Shown: positions 8,783 through 18,106 of the stretch, piece by piece
Layout: the number at the start of each line of letters is the position of its first letter
Numbering within the stretch: position 1 is the first letter of the stretch
Virus record (IMG/VR): IMGVR_UViG_3300022173_000099
Span: 1 to 30,246 of that record
From: a virus
Taxonomy: Duplodnaviria > Caudoviricetes
Reading direction: 5' to 3' (one strand)
DNA: 30,246 nt
The notes under the pieces: generated by a model
The model's input: only the letters and a program-made list of their open reading frames with translations
The model's database searches: none
What the model was told of the DNA's origin: nothing
Position numbers and translations under genes: made by a program

Positions 8783-10146
8783 TGGCACTCGCAAAGGGAA
8801 CCGCGACCGACCACAACGACCTCCTGACGAAGCTGGAAAACTTCATCACCCGAGACCACGTGCTCACCGTCGCTGTCAACAACGGCGGAGCGGGCTACAC
8901 GGTGGGGGACATCTGTACGGTCTCCGGCGGGACGTTCAACACGGCCGCGCGAGTCCGCGTCCTCACGGCTCCGGCCGGAGTCGTCGCCACCGTTCGCCTC
9001 TGGGACTCGGGAGCCTACACGGCCGACCCGGCGCTCACCGGGGCGGCCACGACCGGCGGGACGGGCGCGGGCCTGACGCTCGACATCACGATGGAGTCCG
9101 ACCCCTGGACTACTGTCCACTCCCAAGCCCTCTCCGGCACCGACAAGGTTCGCATCTTCCAAGGCACCGGCGGTGGCGGCGTGTTCGTCGGCATGCGGAC
9201 CTACGACGAGACGACCGGCGCGCGCGACGCGCGAAACTGGGCCATGTTCGGCATCTCCTCGTACAACGGGGCGCTCCCCTGGTACCAGCAGCCGGACTTC
9301 CCCGCCAACTACGGGATCAACACGGCGAACGGCAACATGGCGGGAACCGCCGTCCAGGGCTCCTTCGCGGTGTTCAAGGACAACGACGGGACGCCCCTCA
9401 CCTACTGGTTCCACGTCACCAACCGGCGCATCATCGTGATCGCCAAGATGGTGGACGGAGTCACGACCACCCCGCGCTACTCGTCCGCCTACCTTGGGCT
9501 CCTGAACCCCATGGGGACCTCGGACGAGTTCCCCTACCCCCTGTTCATTTGCGGCTCCTCGAACACCTCGCGCTGCGCCTGGGACGACCTCTCGCCCGCC
9601 TTCCACTTTTCCGGCATCACCCAGATCGGCGCGGTGCAGAGCTTGAACGGCCCGGGCCTGTACCTCGGCATCGACGGCTTCTGGAAGTCCGTGGCCAACT
9701 GGTCGCACACCTTCGCCGCTTCGACGCGGAGTGAGCTGAACGCCTACACGGTCTACCCCGTTGGCCAGATGACGCTCCAAGCCCGGACGGTCGGCGAGGA
9801 CATCGCCACGGACGTGTCGGGAACCAACCTCCAGTGGGAGGACATGATCGCCACGTCGGGCTCCTTCTCGACGCCCGCGACCCTCCAGCTCTGGCCGACG
9901 CCCAACACGGCCGGGGAGAAGCGCCTGATTGTCCCCTGTGTCCTGACCATCTCCAACACGCTCATCGCGGCTGACTATCACATCGTGGGTGAGCTGGATG
10001 GGGTCTATTTCGTCTCGGCCGCCGGGACGGCGACGATCACCCCCGAGGACACGCTGGATGACGCGGCGATCCCGGCGCACTACCGCTGCTACTCCAACGG
10101 ATTCTACACCCAGCTCGATGGCTACATGGCCATCCGCGAGGACTGA
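8782..10146 (+). CDS. Minor tail/virion structural protein
   Basis: Coupled to the tape measure gene (TGATG). M...GTA.D..DLL..L start and C-terminal GELDGVY, as in YuA-like post-TMP structural proteins. Confidence 0.7.
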   Translation: MALAKGTATDHNDLLTKLENFITRDHVLTVAVNNGGAGYTVGDICTVSGGTFNTAARVRVLTAPAGVVATVRLWDSGAYTADPALTGAATTGGTGAGLTLDITMESDPWTTVHSQALSGTDKVRIFQGTGGGGVFVGMRTYDETTGARDARNWAMFGISSYNGALPWYQQPDFPANYGINTANGNMAGTAVQGSFAVFKDNDGTPLTYWFHVTNRRIIVIAKMVDGVTTTPRYSSAYLGLLNPMGTSDEFPYPLFICGSSNTSRCAWDDLSPAFHFSGITQIGAVQSLNGPGLYLGIDGFWKSVANWSHTFAASTRSELNAYTVYPVGQMTLQARTVGEDIATDVSGTNLQWEDMIATSGSFSTPATLQLWPTPNTAGEKRLIVPCVLTISNTLIAADYHIVGELDGVYFVSAAGTATITPEDTLDDAAIPAHYRCYSNGFYTQLDGYMAIRED

Positions 10147-10148
10147 TC

Positions 10149-11186
10149 ATGGCTGAGACGACCGGAAGCGCCTCCGACCTGGAGGACCTGCTCCAGAAGT
10201 TCCTGACTTGGGCCACCGGCGCTCCCGGCTGGACCCAGGATGCCGCCATCGGCACGGTCGCCTCCGGCCGACAGCTCGCGCTCCACAAGGGCGCTTGCTT
10301 CGTTCAGATGCGCTGGAACCCCTCGCCCGTCTCCACGGCCGTCGTCGCCATCTACCAGAGCACCGGGTTCACCGGCGGGCTCCGCTCGGGGACGCACCCC
10401 GGGGACTCGGGGAACGGTTACAACACCAACACGACGACGACCGACACGACCCTCGACGACGAGCGTTGCCTGGAGACCATCGGCAACGGTCCGTTCCCCA
10501 GCTACTACTTCTACACCGACGCGGGAGGCAACTACCTCCACTGCGTCGCGGAGACCTCCACGGACACGTTCATCCACTTCGGGATGGGTGACACGGCGGC
10601 CTTCGAGAAGTTCGGCGACTGGGCCACGGGCTCCGGCGGGGCCTACTGCTACGGCCACCAGACGCGAACCGCGACGAGCGCAGTCAACGGCGGCAACGCC
10701 ACCCTGTTCGACGGCGGTGCCAGCGTCGTCTCGGGGATCACCGACGGCCGCCTGCGTTGGGCAACGATGCGCATGGCCGGGATGCCCGGGCAGGGTGGTT
10801 CCGAGGTCTGGGCGACGATCGGTGGACACCAGAACCCGACCCAGCTCACGGACACGGCGGGCAACGTCCGAGCCCTCTGCTGCGGCGGGTTCCGAGGCGG
10901 ACCGATTCCGCGCGCCTTCGGCAACTTTCAAGCGGGCAACACGTCCGGTCTCGCGCCTCTGACGCCGATCGGCGTCTGGCTCATCAACCGTACGCCCAAC
11001 CCCGACAGGGTGTACCTCGTCGGGTTCATGAAGGACGTTCGGATGGTGGACCTCACCTACATGGCGCCCAAGGATACGTTCACGCTCGGTGCGGACACCT
11101 GGCGTGTGTTCCCCCTCGTCCGTCGTGTGGACAACGGCTCGGCGTCCGGTGATACGGACTTCCTCGGGATTGCGTACAAGACCTGA
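10149..11186 (+). CDS. Minor tail/virion structural protein
   Basis: Similar N-terminus to the preceding gene (M..TTGSA.DL.DLL..F) and C-terminal TLGADTWRVFP...SG...LGIAY. Lies in the tail operon. Confidence 0.7.
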   Translation: MAETTGSASDLEDLLQKFLTWATGAPGWTQDAAIGTVASGRQLALHKGACFVQMRWNPSPVSTAVVAIYQSTGFTGGLRSGTHPGDSGNGYNTNTTTTDTTLDDERCLETIGNGPFPSYYFYTDAGGNYLHCVAETSTDTFIHFGMGDTAAFEKFGDWATGSGGAYCYGHQTRTATSAVNGGNATLFDGGASVVSGITDGRLRWATMRMAGMPGQGGSEVWATIGGHQNPTQLTDTAGNVRALCCGGFRGGPIPRAFGNFQAGNTSGLAPLTPIGVWLINRTPNPDRVYLVGFMKDVRMVDLTYMAPKDTFTLGADTWRVFPLVRRVDNGSASGDTDFLGIAYKT

Positions 11187-11189
11187 TCC

Positions 11190-12953
11190 GTGGCCAACTA
11201 CGTTGCTGGACAGCCTGCCCAAGCAGGAATGCCGCCCCCGTTCGCGTACGCGACGAGGATTGCGGCCCACTACGCCTACGTCCGCAAGCAGAACATCCCC
11301 GACCCCGACGCGACGATCACCGCGCTGAATCCCCCGGGCGGGCGCGAGGGAATCAACCTGATCGCGGTGGACGAGGGGACCGGCATCGTGGCCCCGGTCG
11401 CCTACCTCGGACAGCTGTCCGAGCTGACCACGTTCTCGTTCGACTGGTTCGAGAAGTTCCACGTGCGCCCGGGTGAGTTTGTGTTCGGGAACGTCCTGTC
11501 CACCCAGCAGGTCCCGGTCTCGGTCTACTCCAGCTACCGCTACGACACGCACTCCTGGGACGCCTTCGTGAACAACGCGGGCGCGGGCGTCGAGCTGTTG
11601 GGCCTCCCGGCCTTCCCCTACGCCTTCCCTCCGCAGACGGGCTTCAGCGGTCTCCTCCTGGAGGTGACCCCGAGCGGTCCTCCGGTCGTCGATACCACGT
11701 TGGACTTCGTGTTCGACACGATGACCATCAGCCCGGTCATCACGCTGGAACGGCTCGTGCTCTTCGACCTCCAGCCCGAGCTGCCGTACACGGAGCTGCT
11801 GGAGTTCCTGAGCGAGATTCAAGACCACCGCGACGGAAGTGAGCACCGGCTCGGCCTCCGGAAGAACCCGCGCCAACTGTTCGAGTGGGACCTGTTCCTG
11901 CCGGACGCCTTCGAGCGCTCGCGGGTTCACAACCTCCTCTTCGACTGGCACGCCCGTACCTTCGGTGTCCCGTGCTGGCACGAAGCCACCTTCCTCTCCG
12001 TCGCGGCTGCGATCGACGACCTGACGATCACGGTCCGCTCCACGGCCTTCGCCGACTACCGCGTGGGTGGTCTCTGCCTGGTCTTCAAGGACCACGCGAC
12101 CTACGACGTGTTGGAGATCGCGGTGGGTGGGATCACCGGGACCACGCTCACGTTCACCAACGGCCTCCAGAACGCCTACCCCGTCAACACTCTGGTCATG
12201 CCCCTCCGCACCGGGGTCCTCCGCCCGATCGTCCCGGGCTCGCGGATCATCACGGACGCGGGGAAGCTCGCCCTGCGCTTCCGGTGCCTCGACAACGACG
12301 TCAGCCTGGCCTCGGTCGCGGGCTGGACGGCCTTCAACAGCAAGGTCGTCCTCGACGACGTGAACAGCACTGGTGGTTCGGGAAACACGGTCTCTGAGGA
12401 GTTGATCCGCGACATCATCGTGATCGACAACCAGGTTGGTATCGCCTCGATCGAGACCCTGTGGCCCCACGACAAGCGCCGACACACCAAGACCTTCTGG
12501 ACTCGCGGAAAGCAGGAGCTTTGGAAGGTTCGGCAACTCCTCCACGCCCTCCGAGGCCGCCAGGTCTCGTTCTACCTGCCGACCAAGGGCCAGGACCTCA
12601 TCCCCCTCTCGGGTCTCCTCCTCGCGGGGACGACTCTCACGACCCGCAACGTGGGCTACGCGCGCTACGTCCAGAATCGACAGACCAAGAACCTCATCCA
12701 GATCGTGTTCAACGACGGGACGGCGAGCTTGATCCGCGAGATCACGGCCAGCTCCGAAGTGGATGCCCTCACCGAGTCTCTGACGGTTGACACTCCCTGG
12801 CCGGCAAACAAGGCCCTTGGAACCATCGCCAGAATCGAGTATCTTGAGCTGTCCCGATTCGACTCCGACACGATCCGGTTCCGCTACGACCTCGGGGACC
12901 GCACCTGTCGCATCTCGGCTCCGGTCATCACGGTGTTTGACGATCCCATATGA
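11190..12953 (+). CDS. Minor tail protein (distal-tail-like)
   Basis: GTG start, 587 aa. Motifs E.LEFLSEI....DGSEHR..LR..PRQ and LRGRQVSFYLP are typical of Chi/YuA-type tail proteins. Confidence 0.7.
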   Translation: MANYVAGQPAQAGMPPPFAYATRIAAHYAYVRKQNIPDPDATITALNPPGGREGINLIAVDEGTGIVAPVAYLGQLSELTTFSFDWFEKFHVRPGEFVFGNVLSTQQVPVSVYSSYRYDTHSWDAFVNNAGAGVELLGLPAFPYAFPPQTGFSGLLLEVTPSGPPVVDTTLDFVFDTMTISPVITLERLVLFDLQPELPYTELLEFLSEIQDHRDGSEHRLGLRKNPRQLFEWDLFLPDAFERSRVHNLLFDWHARTFGVPCWHEATFLSVAAAIDDLTITVRSTAFADYRVGGLCLVFKDHATYDVLEIAVGGITGTTLTFTNGLQNAYPVNTLVMPLRTGVLRPIVPGSRIITDAGKLALRFRCLDNDVSLASVAGWTAFNSKVVLDDVNSTGGSGNTVSEELIRDIIVIDNQVGIASIETLWPHDKRRHTKTFWTRGKQELWKVRQLLHALRGRQVSFYLPTKGQDLIPLSGLLLAGTTLTTRNVGYARYVQNRQTKNLIQIVFNDGTASLIREITASSEVDALTESLTVDTPWPANKALGTIARIEYLELSRFDSDTIRFRYDLGDRTCRISAPVITVFDDPI

Positions 12954-13792
12954 CCTACGACGCCTTTGCCCTGACGCGCGAGTCCTCGCGCCCGGTCGAG
13001 CTGTACCGCTTCATCCAGGGCGGGGACACGTTCGAGTACACGTCGGCGGAGGACGAGCTGACCGTGGCGACGATCCCCTACAGCCCCGAGACGATCAGCC
13101 GGGGGCGGATCGCCCAAAGCCCGCGCGACCGGACCTCCACGCTGGAGATCCGCGTCCCCATCAGCAACCAGTTCGCTCGGCGCTACCGCTCCTCGACCCC
13201 GGGCGCGCGAGCCTCGATCACCATCCAGCGGATCCAGCGCGGCGACCTCCCGACCCCGGGAGTCATCACCATCTACGCGGGCTTTGTCGGCTCGGTCGCG
13301 TTCGAGAACGAGATGAAGGAGGCGGTGATTGCCTGCCGCCCAATCGAGGCCGCCTCCTCGCGCCCGGTCCCGCGCTTCAGCTACCAGAGCCTCTGCAACC
13401 ACGTCCTGTACGACGACGCCTGCAAGGTGGACGACACCGACTCCCGCTTCAGGCTCACGGTCGCGGTCACGGCGCAAACCGGCTCGGTGATCACGGTCCC
13501 CGGGGCTGGTGCCTTCGGCGCGGACTGGTTTGTTGGGGGCTTCGTCGAGATCGACGGCGGCGATGACGCCCGCCTGGTCGTAGCCCAATCAGGGGACAAC
13601 CTGACGCTCCTCCTCCCGTTCCCGCAGAGCGCGGTCGGTCGCACGGTGATCGCCTTCGCCGGTTGCGACCACACCATCTCGACCTGCGACACGAAGTTCG
13701 ACACGCCCGAGGACACACAGTCCAACGTGATCAACTACGGGGGCTTTGCCTTCGTCCCGACTCGGAACCCCTACCAGACCGGCCTCCAATGA
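12950..13792 (+). CDS. DUF2163/BR0599-family tail hub protein (FeS-binding, lambda gpL-like)
   Basis: PVELY.F, CNHVLYD..C, and C-terminal AGCDHT..TC..KF...N..NYGGF.FVP..NP signature. Confidence 0.85.
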   Translation: MTYDAFALTRESSRPVELYRFIQGGDTFEYTSAEDELTVATIPYSPETISRGRIAQSPRDRTSTLEIRVPISNQFARRYRSSTPGARASITIQRIQRGDLPTPGVITIYAGFVGSVAFENEMKEAVIACRPIEAASSRPVPRFSYQSLCNHVLYDDACKVDDTDSRFRLTVAVTAQTGSVITVPGAGAFGADWFVGGFVEIDGGDDARLVVAQSGDNLTLLLPFPQSAVGRTVIAFAGCDHTISTCDTKFDTPEDTQSNVINYGGFAFVPTRNPYQTGLQ

Positions 13793-16728
13793 TGCTCTCC
13801 AAGCACGCGGCGGCCCGTCTCCGTTGGGCAAAGGATCCTCGCGCGGCGGCGCGCGGCGGGTTCTGGCTCACGCTCCTGTACTACGTGATCGTGTTCGCGT
13901 TGTCGGAGATCCTGCGACCGAAGCCGAAGCTGGAGAACGCGAAGCCCGCCGGGCTTGGTGACTTCAGCTTCCCGACGGCGACCGAGGAGCGCTTTGTCCC
14001 GCTCCTCTGGGGCACCGTCCAGATCACGGGGCCGAACGTCGTGTGGTGGGGCAACCTCGTCCAGGAGGCCATCACCGAGAAGGTCAAGACCGGGATGTTC
14101 AGCTCGGACACGATCACGAAGGGCTACCGCTACTCGGTCGGGATCCAGAGCGCGCTCTGTCGCGGCACCGTCAACTCGCTCCTCCGCGTCTGGATCGGTG
14201 ACGACGAAGTGTTCAGCGGGACGGTCGCCCACGGCGGGACGTTCACGATCAACGAGCCCGAGCTGTTCGGCGGCGAGGACTTGGGCAGCGGAGGCGTCGT
14301 CGGCACGCTCAAGTTCTTCGCGGGCGGGAACACCCAGGCGGTCTCCTCGTACCTCGCCCAGTTCCAGCAGGTCGGCGTCAACCTCAAGACCCCGGCCTAT
14401 CGCGGGACGTGTTACGTCACGTCCGACACCGAGCCGGTCTACGTCGGCAACTCGACCTCGATCAAGCCGTGGAAGTACGAGCTGCGGCGGATCCCGAACG
14501 GCCTGGGCCTCTCCGGCTCGGGCGCGGTCAACACCGCCGACTCGAACCCGATGAATGTAGTGTACGAGGTCCTGACCGACCTCGAATGGGGCCTGGCCAT
14601 TCCCTCGTCGATGATCGACACGGCCTCGTTCACGGCCGCCGGGAACACCTGTGCGACCGAGGGCAACGGCTTCAGCTACCTCCTGGACTCCCCGATCGAG
14701 GCGAGCGAGATCATCGCCCTCATCGAGCAGCAGGTGAGTGGGATCGTGTTCTTCAACCAACTCACAGGCAAGTTCCAAGTCCGCCTCGCGCGCGCCGACT
14801 ACGTGTTGGGCTCGATCCCGGACCTGAACGACACCAATATCCTGGAGTTCAACTCGTTCGCCCGAGGCTCCTGGGAAGACACGACCAACTTCATCCGGTC
14901 CCAGTTCAACGACCGCGCGGACAACTACAAGGGGACCTTCGCCCTCGCCATCGACTCGGCCAACATCCGGATCCAGGAGGGTGCCATTGTCTCCTCAACT
15001 GTATCCTACCCCGGAGTCAAGGACCGGGACTTGGCCAACGACCTCGCCTGGCGCGACCTCCGAACCCTCGCCATCCCGCTCGCCAAGGCGAACATCACGG
15101 TGGACGCGACCAACTACGCCCTCCAGCCGGGGCAGCCGATCAAGATCACCAACGCCGACCTCGGCGTGAACGGGGTCGCCTTCCGCATCACGCGCATCGA
15201 CTACGGCGAGATGACGGACAACAAGATCAAGCTCGACCTCGTGGAGGACGTGTTCTACTACCTGGCCGCCTCCTTCGGAGCGCCGATCGACTCGGGCTGG
15301 GAACCGCCGCTGGACAACCTCCAGGCGTTCCTGACCCTGGAAACGCTCAAGTTCGAGTCCCCCCGCGCCTTCAACGCGCGTGACCCGTTCTCCGTCGGTC
15401 CGGCCGACAATCGCATCTTCGCCTCGGCGCGCAAGCGCGGGGTCGAGGTGACCTTCAAGGTGTACCAGAAAACTGACGGTGCCCCGGACTCGGCCTACTT
15501 GCAAGCGGCGGAGGGCGTGAAGTTCCTCCGGATCGGCGAGCTGACCTCCGCACTCGACACGACCGGCGCGGTGCCGATCACGACCCTGAACATCACCTGT
15601 ACGCCCGACGCCCAGGCCCGTCTGTTGGAGCTGTTCCAGGACGCCCCGAGCGCGGCCGTCCTCGGGCTCGACCTCTCGCAGCTCGTGATGATCGACAACG
15701 AGTTCATCCTAGTCACGGACGCCTCGGCCTCGGGCGCGACCGTCAACCTGGAGAACGTGTACCGGGCCGTCATGGACTCCCCGCGCGCGAAGCACGCGGC
15801 CGGAGCCGACGTGTGGATGCTCTCGGGCGGGGGCTTCGTCGGCGGAGTCACCTGCGGACCGTTCAACGAGCTGGCCTCGATCGACCTCAAGCTGGTCCCG
15901 CGCTCCGCCTCCGACATCGTGGCCCTCGCCTCGTGCGTCGAGGAAGAGGTGGACATGGCGAAGCGCTCGCGGCGGCCCTACCCTCCCTCGCGGGTCTCGA
16001 TCGGCGGAACCGCTTGGGCTACGACCGTCGCCCTCGAACAGCTCGGAGGCGGAGCCGAGGTCACGGGGTTCGCCTCGACCTGGCTCCGACGCGACTACCG
16101 GACCGGAGACGGGGCCGACGAGATCGCGGCCCTCACGGTGGACGCGGCGACCCTGTTTGCGAGCTTCCCGACGGCTAACACGACGGTCCACACGGTTCGC
16201 ATCTACAACGACCCGCTCGGGGCCAACACCCTCCTCCTCACCTACAGCAGCCTTGGCGGGACGAGCCAGAACCAACTCCGCCTCGCCATCCTGAAGGCGA
16301 CCAACGGGGTGCTCCCGACGCGGCTGGCCATCGAGATCGACGCCATCCACACGGACAACGGCGAGGTCTTGACGGCGCGCTACACGCTCCGCCACGAGTT
16401 CAACATCACGACCGCGCTCACCGGCCAGTTCAACTTCGGCGCGAAGGCGGCCAACCTCAACTCGAACATCTACACGGCGACGGTCGCGGGGACGTACGCC
16501 CTCACGCTGTCCTCGGCCTTCACACTCGGGAACGTCCAGGCCTCGATCAACGGCGGAGCCTTCGCCACGATCATCGCGGCGGGCGCGACCACGGGGAACA
16601 TCCTCGGCGTCCTCGTCTCGGACACGATCACGCTCCGCCACACCTCGACCGACGTGTTGGCCCTCAAGCAGCTCGACGTGAACGCTCCTGGCGCTGGCCA
16701 GGACGGCTACATGGTCCTCTTCACCTGA
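13789..16728 (+). CDS. Central tail tip / host-specificity protein (gpJ-like), with a fused N-terminal small tail-assembly domain
   Basis: ATG at 13789 (or 13792) overlaps the previous stop. About 979 aa with PAYRG, NP..VVYEVLTD.EWGL, and G.F...L.RADY tail-tip motifs. Confidence 0.82.
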   Translation: MMLSKHAAARLRWAKDPRAAARGGFWLTLLYYVIVFALSEILRPKPKLENAKPAGLGDFSFPTATEERFVPLLWGTVQITGPNVVWWGNLVQEAITEKVKTGMFSSDTITKGYRYSVGIQSALCRGTVNSLLRVWIGDDEVFSGTVAHGGTFTINEPELFGGEDLGSGGVVGTLKFFAGGNTQAVSSYLAQFQQVGVNLKTPAYRGTCYVTSDTEPVYVGNSTSIKPWKYELRRIPNGLGLSGSGAVNTADSNPMNVVYEVLTDLEWGLAIPSSMIDTASFTAAGNTCATEGNGFSYLLDSPIEASEIIALIEQQVSGIVFFNQLTGKFQVRLARADYVLGSIPDLNDTNILEFNSFARGSWEDTTNFIRSQFNDRADNYKGTFALAIDSANIRIQEGAIVSSTVSYPGVKDRDLANDLAWRDLRTLAIPLAKANITVDATNYALQPGQPIKITNADLGVNGVAFRITRIDYGEMTDNKIKLDLVEDVFYYLAASFGAPIDSGWEPPLDNLQAFLTLETLKFESPRAFNARDPFSVGPADNRIFASARKRGVEVTFKVYQKTDGAPDSAYLQAAEGVKFLRIGELTSALDTTGAVPITTLNITCTPDAQARLLELFQDAPSAAVLGLDLSQLVMIDNEFILVTDASASGATVNLENVYRAVMDSPRAKHAAGADVWMLSGGGFVGGVTCGPFNELASIDLKLVPRSASDIVALASCVEEEVDMAKRSRRPYPPSRVSIGGTAWATTVALEQLGGGAEVTGFASTWLRRDYRTGDGADEIAALTVDAATLFASFPTANTTVHTVRIYNDPLGANTLLLTYSSLGGTSQNQLRLAILKATNGVLPTRLAIEIDAIHTDNGEVLTARYTLRHEFNITTALTGQFNFGAKAANLNSNIYTATVAGTYALTLSSAFTLGNVQASINGGAFATIIAAGATTGNILGVLVSDTITLRHTSTDVLALKQLDVNAPGAGQDGYMVLFT

Positions 16729-17303
16729 TGTCCCCCTCCTTCCTCATCCTCGGTCGGCCGCGCTCGCGGACCGCTTGGGCAGCGAACCTCCTGACGGTCT
16801 CGCCCGCGAGCCACTGCCTCCACGAGGGCTTGGCTGACACGGGGACGAGCCTCAAGAGACTCGCGGAGCGGATGTCGATGCTACACGCCAGCGTAGTGGG
16901 CGACGCGGACACCGGGCTCATCCACTACCTCGATGCGATCCCGGAGGCGTTCCCGGAGGCGAAGCTGGTCCTGATGACCGGCAACGACGCCAGTTGGAAG
17001 CGCTGGTGCTTCCAGAACGGCCTCCCGGCCGAGGTCCGAGCGAAGGTGGACAACGACTACGCACGAGCGCTGAAGCTCCTCGCGGGTCACGCCCACTTCG
17101 CCGACTGCAAGGCGATCACCTCAGACCCCCTCGCGGCGAGGAGTCTGTGGGAGTACTGCGTCCCCAATGTCCCCTTCGACCTCCCCCGGTGGGAGCTGCT
17201 GAAGGACCTCAACATCCAAGTCATCCCCGAGTCCTTGGGGAGACGGCTCCGACGGTCAACCGACCTAGGCGCGCTTCGACAACTCGACCCGAGACCCCGA
17301 TGA
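16728..17303 (+). CDS. Hypothetical protein with a sulfotransferase-like P-loop
   Basis: N-terminal FLILGRPRSRTAWAANLL...CLHE resembles the PAPS-binding (5'-PSB) loop G.PRSGT.W..L...HE. Coupled to the tail tip gene. Confidence 0.55.
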   Translation: MSPSFLILGRPRSRTAWAANLLTVSPASHCLHEGLADTGTSLKRLAERMSMLHASVVGDADTGLIHYLDAIPEAFPEAKLVLMTGNDASWKRWCFQNGLPAEVRAKVDNDYARALKLLAGHAHFADCKAITSDPLAARSLWEYCVPNVPFDLPRWELLKDLNIQVIPESLGRRLRRSTDLGALRQLDPRPR

Positions 17304-17599
17304 ACAAGCAAGACCTCTCCAAGATGGCCCTCACCGCCTGCATCTCCGTGATCCTCACCGGAAGCGCGGCCTGGTTTGCCTTTGGGCGAGACGTGGTCAC
17401 GCGGGCGGAGGCGGAAGCCCTCATTGCCCAGAGCCTCGTTCCCGTCCAGATCGCCTCGAACGCGAACGCGGCGACGACCGCCGAGCTGAAGGGCTCCGTC
17501 ATCGAGCTGGTCAAGGCCCAGCAGGCCCTCGTCGTCGAGCAGCGCGTGATGATCGAGAGGGTCAACACGCTCGTCGAGCGGATCGACAAGGGCCGGTGA
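17300..17599 (+). CDS. Small membrane protein with C-terminal coiled coil (possibly holin/lysis-associated)
   Basis: ATGA overlap. One hydrophobic helix (ALTACISVILTGSAAWFAFG) followed by a heptad-rich tail. Last gene of the late operon. Confidence 0.6.
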   Translation: MNKQDLSKMALTACISVILTGSAAWFAFGRDVVTRAEAEALIAQSLVPVQIASNANAATTAELKGSVIELVKAQQALVVEQRVMIERVNTLVERIDKGR

Positions 17600-17603
17600 G
17601 GTC

Positions 17604-17880
17604 AGTCTTTGAAGTCACCAAGTCTTTGATTCCTCGGGGCTCCGCTCTGAATCACATCCTGCCCAAGGCCAGGCGAGTTGTGGGAGGTCTCTGAGACTTA
17701 GACTCCTTTGAATAGAAGAAGAGGATAGTAAACGCACACAGACCTTCATGCTTACGGGGCAACTCGATCGCGTTCCAAGAATCAAAGCGTCAAAGTCCGC
17801 AGCCGATCGGTCCACGACGTTCCTGGCTCCTGCGCGAATGGGGTTCAAAGGCGAGCGCGCCTTGAATCAAAGTTCCAAGA
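17604..17880. repeat. Convergent CTYTGA/TCAAAG hexamer array in an intergenic region (candidate origin or operator region)
   Basis: CTTTGA at 17607, 17624, 17706; CTCTGA at 17645, 17689; reverse complement TCAAAG at 17782, 17790, 17845, 17867; GTTCCAAGA at 17772 and 17872. Confidence 0.5.
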
Positions 17881-18106
17881 CCGAACCCGGTCCGGAGGAA
17901 TCCGGCCCGGTGATCCTGAGTGAGGTGGCCAGGGCCGAGGCGTCAAACCCTCGGCCCTGGTTTTCTCTTGCCCGCCGGGGTATCCTTCGACTACTCGGGG
18001 TCTCTGGTTGACGACGGGATTGGCTTCCCCCGTACAACCCGGGGGTCGGACTTTGCGAGCGGTCCGGCCCCCACCTCTCTCCTCGCTGGAAGCCAACCTG
18101 GAAGCC

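Noticed and set aside
5525-8794. 1089-aa minus-strand ORF and other long antisense ORFs (e.g. 10122-12545, 17867-19717, 20348-22636, 22882-24489)
   Set aside because: They are shadows of + strand genes caused by high GC3 codon bias. They carry no motifs and fully overlap well-supported genes.
17748-18011. 87-aa ORF in the intergenic gap
   Set aside because: Atypical codon usage, no clear SD, no motif, and it overlaps the repeat array.
18008-18038. Promoter TTGACG…TACAAC upstream of the helicase
   Set aside because: 19-bp spacer and imperfect -10 box; too weak to call.
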